From Eledone cirrhosa (Eukaryota): a DNA stretch of 64,000 nt. The notes under the pieces are model-generated. The model saw only the letters and a program-made list of their open reading frames with translations. It had not been told where the DNA came from and ran no database searches. Numbering within the stretch: position 1 is the stretch's first letter; every line of letters begins with the position of its first letter. Both the position numbers and the translations under genes were made by a program. The DNA is taken from positions 240,312,001 through 240,376,000 of the forward strand of contig OZ024743.1 of NCBI GenBank assembly GCA_964016885.1, read 5' to 3'. Of this stretch, positions 11,652 to 25,530 are shown one piece after another.

Positions 11652-12549
11652 TCGTTAATGTTTCCAAAATAAAACTGTTGACTGCCATGTGATAGACACA
11701 TCAAATACACCGAGATCCTATCTTCGCTGTTGGAACCCTGAAAACAAAAGCTTTAAGGTTTGCCAAAGCCGTAAGGATGGGATTACCGAGAGCATAACGT
11801 ATTGAGCTTCAAATTCACTGCAGGATACGGGAGATGGGATTATTGTGTGTCTGGGGAGGACTTTTTTTCCACATTAAATGCACCTAGTAAAGCGCTGAAA
11901 CAAATACCGCAAGATGTTTAGTTCTCCGCACTAAAGACTCACCACGTTAAATATGCAGAGTCTGTAACACAGTAATATAATGTTATAAGCCCTCAAACTT
12001 TTGGTTGAAGGAATCTAAATAATATTGACCCAAATACATGACAGGTACTGCAGGCTGATAAAAAGAATTATCCACCTTGGTGGGATTTGGACTGAGAACA
12101 AGATTAAAGTGCAACAAGGCATTTTATTTAACACTCTATCGATTATCATAGACGCAGCATGGTCGAGTGATTAAGAAGTTCGTTTCGCAATCATTAAGTC
12201 CGAGGTTCAATCTCACTGTATAGCATCTTGGATAAGCTCCATTTCCCATAGACTCGGATTGTCATATGTCTTTTGAGTGATACTCCCTAAACAGAATCTG
12301 CTCGGAAGCAAGTCAAATGGACTGTACCAGTAATTCAAAGAACCAACCTTGTTGCGCTGAATTGTCCTGAGAATTACGTTGAGGGTATACGTGTCTGTTG
12401 AGTGCTCAGATACTTACACCTTAATTTCACCAGTAGGCTGTTTCGTTGGTCGACCAACTGGAACCCTCATCCTCGAAACCAACGAAGGTCCATTCGACTA
12501 ATGATTTCTTTTATAGGCAGAAATTCAGCAATTTTAGATGTGAAAAGTC

Positions 12550-12830
12550 TATGGAATTGACTCATTTTTGTTTTTGCGCATGCGCTAAAAATATGAGACA
12601 TGAAGAAATGTCAAGACAACTACAGCTTTGCAACTGTAGCCCTTTAATTCTTAAACCCTAATCTTAAATCCAACTTTAATCCCTAGCCCTAGACTAAAAA
12701 CCTAAGCCTAATATTAACTCTAGAATTAAATCATAAACATGTATTCCGTAAATTGTACTAAACTTTATTGAATAATATGGCACATGCTTCAGTGAATGCT
12801 CAAAAACCAAAATGAATCGGACCATCAACT
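12550..12830. mobile_element. Non-autonomous element with 23-bp inverted repeats and internal degenerate (TAACCC)n (Helentron/HINE-like)
   Basis: GACTCATTTTTGTTTTTGCGCAT (12559-12581) vs ATGCTCAAAAACCAAAATGAATC (12796-12818); telomere-like hexamers at ~12650-12725. Confidence 0.55.
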
Positions 12831-12989
12831 ACATTATAACGTAAGAAGTGGACTCAAATCCACCAGGATAACTGCTCTGTTGCAGCTAATATTTAACTAA
12901 CGCTTCTGAAGCAAACCTGGGGATACAATGGCCGAAGGGTTATAACTATCAGTTATAACTATAGTCCACATACATCGATGTATGATAAT

Positions 12990-13577
12990 CGTTTCTAGCA
13001 TTGACACAAGATCACCATAAGGAAGGATGGGTTATATCAACTCCAGTACATGACTGGTACTTTTTGTTATCTACCTCGAATATGAACTCAGAACATAGAT
13101 AGCTGGAGGAAATACAGCTAAGTATTGTCCAACCTCTTAACTATTTTGCCAAATACTCAACCCTCATTGAGGTATTATGATAAATGTTTCTACTTTAGGC
13201 ACAAGACCAGCAATTATACCAGTGAGTTACTAGTACTTCATTTTATCGACCCCGTAAGGATGAGAGGCAAAGTTAACCTCGACGGGATTTGAACTCAGAC
13301 TGTAAAGGGCCGTAACTCTATGCTGCAAAACGTGGCGTCCGATACTGCCAATCCACAGCCCTATAATAATGATTTCTAGCATTAGCACAAGGCCAACGAA
13401 TTGTTAGGTGGGGGAGAAGTCGAGTAAATTAACCCGAGTACGTGACTTATACTGTTTACTATCGACCTCGGAAGGATGAAAGGAAAAGTTGACCTCAACA
13501 GGATTTGAACTCAGAACGTATATATGCCGCAAAGCATTTCATCCGACGCTCTAACGACTCTGCCAAATCCACCGGCT
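12990..13577 (-). mobile_element. Three head-to-tail SINE family 1 copies
   Basis: Copies at ~12990-13150 (diverged), 13183-13361 (short form) and 13365-13577 (long form). Confidence 0.85.
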
Positions 13578-14039
13578 TCATCTACGAATTTCAGACCAGA
13601 ATAATTTGCTTTTCTCAAAAAGAAGAAAAAGGCAGAAATGTTTGTATTCGTTTAATTAATTTTATTTAATTTATTTTATTAATTTATTAATCTCTGCACC
13701 AACCTTTTTTTTTAATAAAAAAAAAAATGAATGAATGAATGAATGTATAATTAATTTCTTCTTTCTCATTTTTTTTTTCTTTCTTTGTGTTGTAAGAACA
13801 ACGGTGTGAAGGGAGAGCGTGGCAGGGGGAAGAGGAAATAATATATGGTACAACAATGGGGGGACATGGTTACATAAAGGTTAATATTGTGTTAGGGTGG
13901 ACGAGGGGCTCTGTAAACAAACATACAACGAAAACCAACAAATAAACATAAAGAACAAACATATTTCATAGTAATTCATTTAAGGATATTTTCTTTTCTT
14001 ATGTTTTTGTGTATTATATTTTGTCTATATGTATTATTT

Positions 14040-16170
<2,131 letters not shown>

Positions 16171-16871
16171 ACATTTTTTTCTAAATAAGTCTATATGTAT
16201 TATGCAGTGGTAATAATTGTGGAGTTGGTGATTATCTACCTTTTTTCACTCTTTTATTTCAACCATTCTCCCAACCCAGTAAATCCTCATTCAAAATAGC
16301 ATAGAGACAGATAGTAGACAATAGAAGCTCTACATGTAATATTATAGCAATGAAAACTCAGTTATTAGCGCCATTGATGGTGGTGATGCAAATCAACGTC
16401 CTAATATTTCTTCCTCTTTTCTCGAATCATTTAAACACACCTACAACTAAAATATCAACTTACACACCCACAACGGTTAAAAATATATAAAAGCTATGCT
16501 AGCTCGCAACCAAATTGACATCAATATAACTCCAGTTCACTCTGTCAGGAAGGACAATTTTACTCACTCTTTTCAACAAGTATAGTTATCAAACTTTGCT
16601 ATGAGACTTCCTGTATTTATAATCGTATAGCAATGGAAATGATTAGTAAAACATGTAATGGTGGTGGTGGTAGAGATTATCCAGCCTATCACAATCATTA
16701 CAACGCCTTTTAAGAACACATCACACATACATAAATATATATATATGAGATGATTAATCTTATTTGTATATGAAGCTCCATAAGTTGGCTCAACTTAAAA
16801 TAGAATAGAATTAGGATTTAGCTTCAGGCATAGCTGTATACAGATATGTATATATATATATATATATATAT

Positions 16872-17224
16872 AGAAAAAAAGATGAAATCGAAAATGCAAC
16901 TGGGGACTTATTTAAAAAAAATATATATATATTTATTTGGTTCCTTTACCGGTTTCGCAGTTCTTCTGCTTTTCAAAATTAGAGTTGAGATGGAGGGTCT
17001 GTGGTTTTTCTCACATCTGATGTGAAAAAAACCACAGACCCTCCATCTCAACTCTAATTTTGAAAAGCAGAAGAACTGCGAAACCGGTAAAGGAACCAAA
17101 TAAATATATATATATTTTTTTTTAATAAGACCCCAGTTGCATTTTCGATTTCATCTTTTTTTTCTTTATACTTTCACTCGTGTAGGACACCTCGGTTATT
17201 TTTCATTTTGTAAAGAAACCTCAC

Positions 17225-17230
<6 letters not shown>
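16872..17230 (+). mobile_element. PLE pseudo-LTR family C, long fold-back copy (~294-bp palindrome)
   Basis: Arms 16872-17017 and 17019-17165 with about 3 mismatches, centre 17018; unique tail to 17230; (TA)n on both sides. Confidence 0.85.
17053..17095 (+). ncRNA. Minimal type I hammerhead ribozyme, U3:A8 variant (mirror copy on minus strand ~16941-16983)
   Basis: TTGAAAA(17060-66)-GCAG-aagaa-CTGC-GAA-ACCGGT-A; palindromic stem III, GUA triplet, AATAAA 10 nt downstream; stem I weak. Confidence 0.6.
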
Positions 17231-17270
<40 letters not shown>

Positions 17271-17817
17271 AGAGAGAGAGGGGAAAGGTTAGAGAACAGC
17301 AGAAACAAATGATTGAAATAGAAATAATTAATATTCAATGATGATGATAATAATTGTGGTGTTTTTAAAAAATAAATTAACACTTCTACAAATCACTGTC
17401 ATTCATAGGAATCAGTACTTAATGACATATTTTGTAGCTTTCTATTTAAAATAGTATAGATGTCACCTTTCTAGGACGCTAACTCAGTTTTATTACAAGT
17501 GAGGTTTCTCTGGAAAATCTATGATACCTCTTAGGACAGATAGATTGCTACGTCTTTTGTCACCAGTCCCTCTTCTTGCCCACCTCCAGACGAGGCCGTC
17601 TAAAAGACACAACCTTCCTTTACCTCAAGTAATGAAGCAAAGGAAATTTCAGACTAGTATCTAGTCTTCTATCATTACATCCAACCGAGATTAGATTGGT
17701 TTCTCTTTCTTCTGAGAACAATAAAGACAAATACTTGGGTTCATTTAATCGACTGTTCCTTCTCTTCCCTCACACGAATAATTTTATGCATTTTTGAGAA
17801 ACATTATTATTGTTATA

Positions 17818-18025
17818 TTGGAAGAATTGGTAGAGCGTCGGACAATATGCATTGTGGCATACAGTTACGGCCCGTTATTTCTGAGGTTAGTTTTGCCTTT
17901 CATCCTTACGGTGTCGGTAAAATAAAGTACCAGTAACGCGCTGGAGTGGAATTAGTCGCCCTTCCCCTACCCCCAAATTGCTGGCCTTGTGTTTATATCA
18001 GAAACCATTATTATTATTATTATCA
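17818..18025 (+). mobile_element. SINE family 1 long form (rare plus-strand copy)
   Basis: GCCTTTCATCCTTACGGTGTCGGTAAAATAAAGTACCAG body and (ATT)n tail. Confidence 0.8.
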
Positions 18026-18142
18026 AGGTAGAGTAGGGCAGAAACTAGAGTATTGGACTTACAATATTTGGCCTGCTGGTGATTTCAATGGAGTTCATTC
18101 TGCTGCAAGCATTCGAGCCCGAATGCCACCCCAACTAAACAG

Positions 18143-18195
<53 letters not shown>

Positions 18196-18198
<3 letters not shown>

Positions 18199-18254
18199 AA
18201 AAAGTATGACCCCGACGGCAGAATTCAAGCCGTTTCGACGGCTATTTCAGGACT
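18196..18254 (-). mobile_element. Family A pseudo-LTR fragment (3' half of hammerhead)
   Basis: Minus: TAGCCGTC-GAAACGGC-ttGAATTCt-GCCGTC-GGGGTC; embedded in (TA)n. Confidence 0.75.
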
Positions 18255-19483
18255 ATATATATATATATACGTTCGGAATTGAAACCCCCATGGATGACAA
18301 CTTTACCTTTCAGCCATCCAGTATCCATAAAGTAATTACCAGTTATGTATTAAGATCAAATCAAATCAACGACATTTATCTCTTTTAAAGACTGCATGGC
18401 CTTGAGCCAATATTAGAAAATATTTTTGATATTATCAACAAAATACATTGTTACTATCCACATAAAGGATTATTATTATCAATATAATTCTTTACCATGA
18501 TCAACAGAGGGCAGTGGTAGTGCTGGATAAGAAACTTTAGTTATGTCATCCTTTCATCATATGTCCTGAATTAGGATTCCATCATGGCTGAATTCACCTT
18601 TCATTCCTCTGGGATCGACAAAACATAAATACCAGTAATATGGAAGGAACAAATTTAATCAACTGTGGATTTTTGCTTTAAATCAGTTCATCATTATTCA
18701 CGTTTCGTTTCATCTTTCTGGAGTCGACAAAAACGGCCTTATCAGTTAATACTGAGATCACTATCTGCCCACACAAGTGTCTGTCTAGGTCTTGTGTCTA
18801 TATTAGAAAGAATTATTACTTTTGTTGTTGTTGTTGTGTAGAAGTATAGGAAAGTCTACGCGATGGTTCTACTAAAAATTGAAACTTTTGCCATAATATA
18901 TTTGGTGACGGAATTGTGTTTTTTTATAAGCAGACTTCAGAACATTTGGACGTCTATCACATTACCTAAGATAAAGAAAATATCTGACATTTAGACACTT
19001 ATATAATTTTTTTTATTGTCGTTTTCTAGTAATTTAATATGGTTTCTTCTTGTGGCGGAGCAAGAAGTGCTAGTAACAAACCACGTTACATCGTTTAACC
19101 TCCACCTTTCCTCAAGAAAAGCATTTTTGAAAACAATAAGGGGAAAATGAATACGCCTGAAAAAGTAGGAACAGTAAACATTTACATTTTCACATATACA
19201 GTGTAATAACGATGTTTCTAATAAAGTTAATAGCATTAGCAGCAGTTCTGATTGCGTGACTAATCAAACGTGATACTCAATATAGGTCAGCTCCAGGTGA
19301 AGAAAAGTACAAGGAAGAATATGTAACAAAGGAGAGTGTCACCTTGCCCGTGACATATCTTGAAGAACGAACAAGAAAAAGAATAGCATAAACTGTTTTG
19401 TTTTGTTTTTTTCGAAAACGAAGAACGCTTCCAAACAGTTATTTTATTGTATTGTATTGTATTGTATTGTATGTATGTATGTA

Positions 19484-19900
19484 TGTTCTTCTGGTTTTAT
19501 AATTTCAGAAAGTTTTACCAATAGAGAGAGAGTCGGTTTCTAACATAGACACAAGACTCTCTCATTGGAATTTACACAACATCAACTAGGTAGATATGTA
19601 TGTATGCATGTTTAGATATGGATGTTATTGTATGTGTGGATGTGGATGTTTTGAGTTGTATGTGTGCATGTGTATATGCTTTGTATCTGTACATGTGTAT
19701 ATGCAGTTATTAGATGCAACATTTTTGGAATGTTTTACATATTTTTACTGTTCCATTAATGGATTGTACTTGTAGTTTCCTAACTAGTTGTGTTCTTTCT
19801 GTTCCTGTGAAGCCCAGCTTCTCAAGATTTGTATTGAGGCAGTTACTAACATATCCCAGTGCCCCAATAATCACAGGCATAAATCTGAAGGTGTAATCAG
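19484..19900 (-). mobile_element. 5'-truncated RLE-type (R2/R4/NeSL-like) LINE 3' end in (TATG)n
   Basis: Uninterrupted minus frame FRFMPVIIGALGYVSNCLNTNLEKLGFTGTERTQLVRKLQVQSINGTVKICKTFQKCCI* (stop 19710-12), carrying the P.IIGALG motif of RLE C-termini; flanked by (TATG)n. Confidence 0.8.
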
Positions 19901-19954
19901 GTATGTATGTATGTATGTATGTATGTATGTATGTATGTATGTATGTACGTACGT

Positions 19955-20560
19955 GCGAGTGCTACTGGTAACATGTAACCCAGTAAACCTGTCTCATGGT
20001 CGGGTCGCCAGCGACTAAACCAGCAACCTCACCAAGTTTGTTTGGTTTGAATGGTGATATTTGGATACCCTGCGGGATGAAATACAAGACCCGGCAAAGG
20101 ACAGAGGAACTCAGCAGAGTCAGCGGCCACCCAAATAATACTTTTTTTTTACCTTGGAGTGAAAGGCCCCCAGTTGTTGTCACAACACCTTTCTAAGAGA
20201 GGGAAACTGAAAAAAAACCTGCAGCTTCGGAAACATCCGATGATGTTGACCAGTTCTTTTCAGGTCGTGTTTTCGGTGCTCAAAGAGTGGGATTGGTCGA
20301 GTTCAAGGCCTTTCCCCACTTAAAACATCTTCAAAGAATAGGCATTGCTTGTTCAAGATCTGTTACAGGTTCGTGTGGCTGGCCGCAGCCTAAAAGTGCA
20401 CCATTTTCTGTAATCAGACAAGTGATTGTAATACTCTTAGAAGAGTTTGCAGCCATCATGTATGTATGGACCCATAAATCCTGTCGGGGACAGGGGCACC
20501 GTGTTGGATATTTTAAACCTAGCAGAGCCCTTCCCCTTTCCAATTCTGAACACAGTCGAT
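19955..20560 (+). mobile_element. GC-richer repeat, probable LINE 5' UTR remnant
   Basis: Composition shift next to microsatellite; no credible ORF; family not identified. Confidence 0.3.
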
Positions 20561-20716
20561 TTCACTCAGAGAAGGAAAGGGGGGGGGTGAGAAAAGTGAA
20601 TGAGAGAGGGCAATTGAAAAAGAAATATAGAGGAAGAATCGAACCCAGTACTTAACTGGTACTTTTTTTTATCGACCTCGAAATGATAAAGTCAAAGTTG
20701 AGCTCGGTGAAATTTA

Positions 20717-20885
20717 CTGTATTTCCCGGCGCCGAAGACGCTTCGTTCACGAGGACGCACCCTCATTTTGACAACCAAACATTTGAAAAAAAATAATAAA
20801 CAACCTTCGGCCTCCAGGACGCATGGAAGATTTTTTTAGACTTATTTTAGGGAAAAAGTAGCGTCTTCGACGCCGGGAAATACAG
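20717..20885. mobile_element. Tc1/mariner-pogo-type MITE (169 bp) nested in a SINE1 copy (~20620-20970)
   Basis: 26-bp TIR CTGTATTTCCCGGCG[C/T]CGAAGACGCT with one mismatch; TA TSD at 20715-16 and 20886-87; SINE sequence resumes AACTCAG. Confidence 0.92.
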
Positions 20886-21159
20886 TAAACTCAGAGTGCA
20901 GAGAACTGGAACGAAAAACCATAAAGCTTTCTATCCAAGGTTATAACGATTTTGCCAATTCGCCGCACATCCTATTACATTTAAAAAGCTGAAAATAAGT
21001 GAAATGATAACATCAAATCTTCAAAGCTAGATATACAATACATATTACCCCATATTTTCTGGAATCTTCGATATAGTATTCAGAATATACACAGTGAATA
21101 TGTTGTTTTGTTTTTTTCAATGTTCAGAGTAAACAAAGAAAACGTATGGTATTCATTAG

Positions 21160-21907
21160 CTAGAGTATGTTTATATTAGAGGAAGTGTCAGTGCCCCTGG
21201 TCTTCATAATCCTTCTGAAACCGGTGAAATGCATGCCATATCGACGACTGTAAGACATAAACAGTGAGGGATTTGATAATGGACATTCTGGACAAGAAGG
21301 GTGTAGTGTTGTCCAGAAAACACGGATATAGTGATTAATGTAGAGCCTGTGTATTGGACACACTATGGGTGATAGATGGAGGAGAGAGAAGTAAGTATGG
21401 GCTACCTGAGTTTAGGTAGGGTTAGATCAGCCAACTCCAATGAGTAGAAGCCATTGTAGTGCCGGCAGAAAAGGCAGAGAGGATGTGTCCGTAAGCATAC
21501 GATTATCCTCTATGAAATGTTTTGATTTAAATCCACAGGTCTGATGAGCAGATCGATACTGGAGTCAGATCTATCACAACGATAATGATCTCGAGTCAAA
21601 ATGTTGGCATTAAAGATTTCAAAAATATATTTTGAGAAACGATTCTCTTTTGATGCTTTTGTTGTTGTTATTGGTGTTCAGTAATATTGGTTAGTATTGC
21701 AAGTATTACTCTGTCAAGTATGACTGTCGCGTATCACTTCGAGTATCATTGCAAGTTCATTCTGTCATTTCTTCTTGTGGAACATTTGAGGTTAAAAGTT
21801 TGATCTCCTATCCATTTTAAAGCCTGGCTGGTGTATTGAAGTAGCTGTAAATATATGTAGAAACGTCTTTGCTGATTTAAGGTTTCCTTGTCTCGATGAG
21901 TTCAGGC

Positions 21908-21938
<31 letters not shown>

Positions 21939-22900
21939 TTCTTCTTGCTCTTGCTCGACGAGACCGAGGGCATCCTATGAGCGATGGAAATGTTTTGATT
22001 TGAATCCACAGGTCGGATAAGCAGATCGATATTAGAGTAAGGTCTAATGTTCGATATGGAATAAAAACATGTTATACTGAAACTTTGTTATCTCATACAT
22101 AATATACATTTTTATTTTTCTGAAGGATAACACGTGCAAAGTTAGTCCGCTAGGTTCAGATGCCTTGTGTGATATCGTGTGTTGCGAAGTTTCCTTACGG
22201 CTCCATTAAGAGTTAAGAGTTCAAGGAAGGATATATTTATGACACAAACAGAGGAAGAAGCGAAATGACCATGACGGTTTTGCAAGGCGAAAGCTATGCT
22301 CAGTTTGGACAACTAAGGATGGTCTATATTGATTTGCATAGATTCTTTGGACATAAGATTTACATAGAGTATTTTGCATGAGTTGATCCTAATAGTTTTA
22401 AGTATCAGCCAGATACTCATAGGTTTTCTATACAGAATACAAAAAGATTACTTAATCACGGACAATTTGCCTGTTGTTCATTATATGTAGCCCAAGATCA
22501 GTCGTGTTGACTGAGACTTCAATGCTATTTCCAGCAGGGACAGCATCTGTAGTGGGCTCCTTTATTCGTTCACAACTGGTATGCTAAGGGTATTCGATTT
22601 TTTTTTATGTTCCAAATGTATTAACTGTACCATTGCATATGAAATATATATGACTCTAGTACTTATGGTCGGGATTAGTTTTAGGGAGGGTTTCACTGAT
22701 ATATTAACACTTCTCATACGGAAAAGAACAAAAAAATAATAAATAAATATATGAGTCGGCATCTAATATGTATTGTGGGATACGGGTTTGTTTTAGCTGG
22801 GTAAATAATGTAATAACGTCAGTGTTGCGAAGGTTGGCGTCTCACATATCAAATGACACAGGATCAACATGCGTGGAAGAAATAAACTGTATTTACAGAC
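21160..22900 (-). pseudogene. Heavily decayed Penelope-like element RT plus GIY-YIG ORF
   Basis: Minus-strand motifs in PLE order: LYRKP (~22420-22435), IDLLIRP, C...HPLCLFCRHY linker (~21455-21500), SSIY....CVQYTGST (~21340-21385); many stops and frameshifts; ~60-bp duplicated segment at 21515 and 21988. Confidence 0.6.
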
Positions 22901-22974
22901 CTAGCCAACCTACACAAGAACACTGGCGGCAAAAAAAAGGGATGTTCAAACGAAGTGGACCACAACGAAGATGA

Positions 22975-23810
22975 TAAGAGGGACGATAACAATAACGATG
23001 ATGATGGTGATAATGATGATAATGACGATTTTTATTATTATTAACTATCTCGATTATATTTTCGATATTAATGATAATGATTGTTAGCGTAGTGATTATG
23101 GTAATAGTTAGTGATTTTGGAGGGTGGGACCTGCTGTTGATGCTGGTAGTTGTAGTAGTGATGGCGGCGGCGACGACGGTGGTGGTATTAATAATGTTGA
23201 TGTTAATGGTGATATTTTTAACTGATGGTGTAGGGGTGTTTCTGCCATTCTTAGTGATGGTAGTGGTAGATTATAGTGTTCATGTTCTTAGAGGTGGTAG
23301 TAAAAGTAATAGTATTTAGGGTGTTATTGTTTTAGTGTGGTGTTACTAGTGTTGATGGTCATATTGTTGTTTGTTTTCATATGCATAGTGTTATTGTTGC
23401 TGTTGTTGTTGGTGATGGTGGTGGTGGTTGTGATGGTGCATTGATGGTGATGTTGTTGTTGGTGTTGGTTGTGGTTTTGTTGTGTTGCAGTGATGTTGAG
23501 GTATGATGATACTGATGTGATATTGTTGTGTTGTGGTGTTGTTTTGTTGTTGTGTTGTTGTGTTGCAGAGATGTTGAGGTATGATGATACTGATGTGATA
23601 TTGTTGTGTTGTGGTGGTGTTTTGTTGTGGTGTTATTGTGTTCTGGTGTTGTGTTGCAGTGATGCTGTGTTGTGGTGATGATATGTTAAAGTGATGGTGT
23701 GTTGTGGTGATGTTGATGGTGTGTTGATGTTGTTGATGGTGTGTTGATGTTGATGTTATTTTGAGGTTGATAGTGTGTTAATTTTATGTTGTGTTGGTGG
23801 CAGTGTAATT
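22975..23810. repeat. Low-complexity (GAT/GGT/GTT) region
   Basis: Direct inspection; includes a 78-bp-period duplication near 23480-23620. Confidence 0.9.
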
Positions 23811-24164
23811 AAATGACCTATGACAACAAGAAACCTGTATTGTCCATAGTAATAATAGTTAAACTAGATCACAGATTCGCTGAGAGCATTTTCAATAGGA
23901 GATTAATGTGACCACCCCATAAAAGTATTATGGTTTGGCTATACACATTAGTAACCCAATAAAATTATTATGTGATCCTGTACATTATTTAAATCAACTG
24001 AAACAACAGATTACATACATACTACACACAAAATATAGAGAACAAATTTAATAAACATTTGTAAAAATGTTGCATCTAACTCCACTCTAAAATGGAGTGT
24101 CTAATACACTACAGTTCTGCAGCTAATAACACTCTAAAATGGGGTGGTAGAAGGAAAGAAGCCA

Positions 24165-24545
24165 ATTGTCAGATTGGATTGAGACAATGTTTCCATTGGT
24201 CTTTCCATTGCTGATGCTTTCTGTTGGTTGTCAAACTGGACCAATGAGACAATGTTTCCAGTAGTGTTTCCTTTGCTAATACTGTCTGTTGGTTGTCAGG
24301 CTGTACCAAGGAAACAATGTTTTCATTGTTCTTTCAATTTCTGAAACTATGTGTCAGTTGTCAGATTAAACCAAGGAAACAATGTCTCCATTGGTCTTTC
24401 CTTTGCTGATACTGACTGTCAGTTCTCAGACTGGACCAAGGAAACAATGTTTCCATTAGTCTTTTCATAGTTGAAACTATGTGTCAGTCATCAGATTAGA
24501 CCAAGGAAACAATGTTTCCATTGCTGTTGCTATATGTCAGTCACA
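24165..24545. repeat. 65-bp tandem array (6 copies) derived from a SINE body
   Basis: ACAATG at 24184, 24249, 24314, 24379, 24444 and 24509; abuts minus-strand SINE head 24545-24675; single monomer in SINE at ~45845-45893. Confidence 0.85.
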
Positions 24546-24699
24546 ACTCCTGCCAGAAGGAGCAACATGAAATAAAATATTATGCTCAAGAATGCAACAC
24601 ACTGCATGATCCAAGAATCAAACCCAAACTCTTATGATCATGAGCTTAACATAGATACCCAAGACTATGTGCCATGATGGAATGGAAAATAGCATTGTA

Positions 24700-25530
24700 A
24701 TTCTCTAAAATGAACTGTCAAATTCACTATATTTCTATATCTAAAAGCACCCTAAATTGTAGTGTCTAATACAGTATATCTGACTACACATTATATGGAG
24801 TGTTGAAATGGTATGGTACCACTCCAAAATGTAGTGTCAAATAATTCTGTATTACAATAAATAGGAATGTAAAATAGAGAGATAGCACTTTACTGGAATG
24901 GCAAACAACACTGCAACCTGATCAAGTATAGAGTACCAGACAACAACATCGTAATATGATCAAGTATAGAGTACTGTACAACAACACTGTAATCTTATCA
25001 CATATAGAGTACCTCACAACAACACTGCAATCTGGTCAAGTATAGAGTACCACAACAACTGTACAATATGATCAAATATAGAGTACCACACAACAACACA
25101 GAAACGTATCACATATAGAGTACCTCACAACAAGACTAATTCTCAAAAATAGAGTAGCAGACAACATTACAGTAACTTTCAAAAATAGAGTAACAAACAC
25201 TATTGTAACTCTCAAAAATAGAGTACCAAATGCTATTGTAACCCTCTTAGGTAGTGTACCATACATAATCATGTTACTCTCTAAAATAAAGAACCAGACA
25301 ATAGTAAGGTATCTAAAATGAAATAGGAGACAACAGTGTAACTCTATAAAATGGATTACCAGACATCATTACTGGAATTTTCAAAACTAGAATACATGGC
25401 AATATTATTGTGACTTTCTGGATTAAAGTACCGGGCAACATTACTGAAATTCTCAAAACTAGAGTACATGGCAATATTAATGGGACCCTCTAGATCAAAG
25501 TACCATGAAACATTACTAAAATTCTCAAAC
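24700..25530. repeat. Degenerate tandem repeats (~30-36 bp, then ~65 bp) around ACTCTAAAATAGAGT-like palindromic motif
   Basis: Recurrent ATCAAGTATAGAGTACC...ACAACA and CTCAAAAATAGAGTA; related motifs at 24076-24103 and, inverted, 26279-26308. Confidence 0.7.

Noticed and set aside
12650-12725. True telomere or fusion site
   Set aside because: Short, highly degenerate and enclosed by element inverted repeats.
19285-19391. Possible plus-strand exon SAPGEEKYKEEYVTKESVTLPVTYLEERTRKRIA*
   Set aside because: Weak acceptor pyrimidine tract, no partner exons, no recognised domain.
19955-20030. HDV-like ribozyme in putative LINE 5' UTR
   Set aside because: Only a partial P2-like pairing (CTGGT/ACCAG); P1, P1.1 and P4 could not be built.
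21541-21548. CTGATGAG hammerhead core (also at 63546)
   Set aside because: No downstream stem II/GAAA; both lie antisense within PLE coding remnants.
23071-23678. Hydrophobic membrane-protein-like ORFs
   Set aside because: Translation of GTT/GAT/GGT low-complexity repeats.
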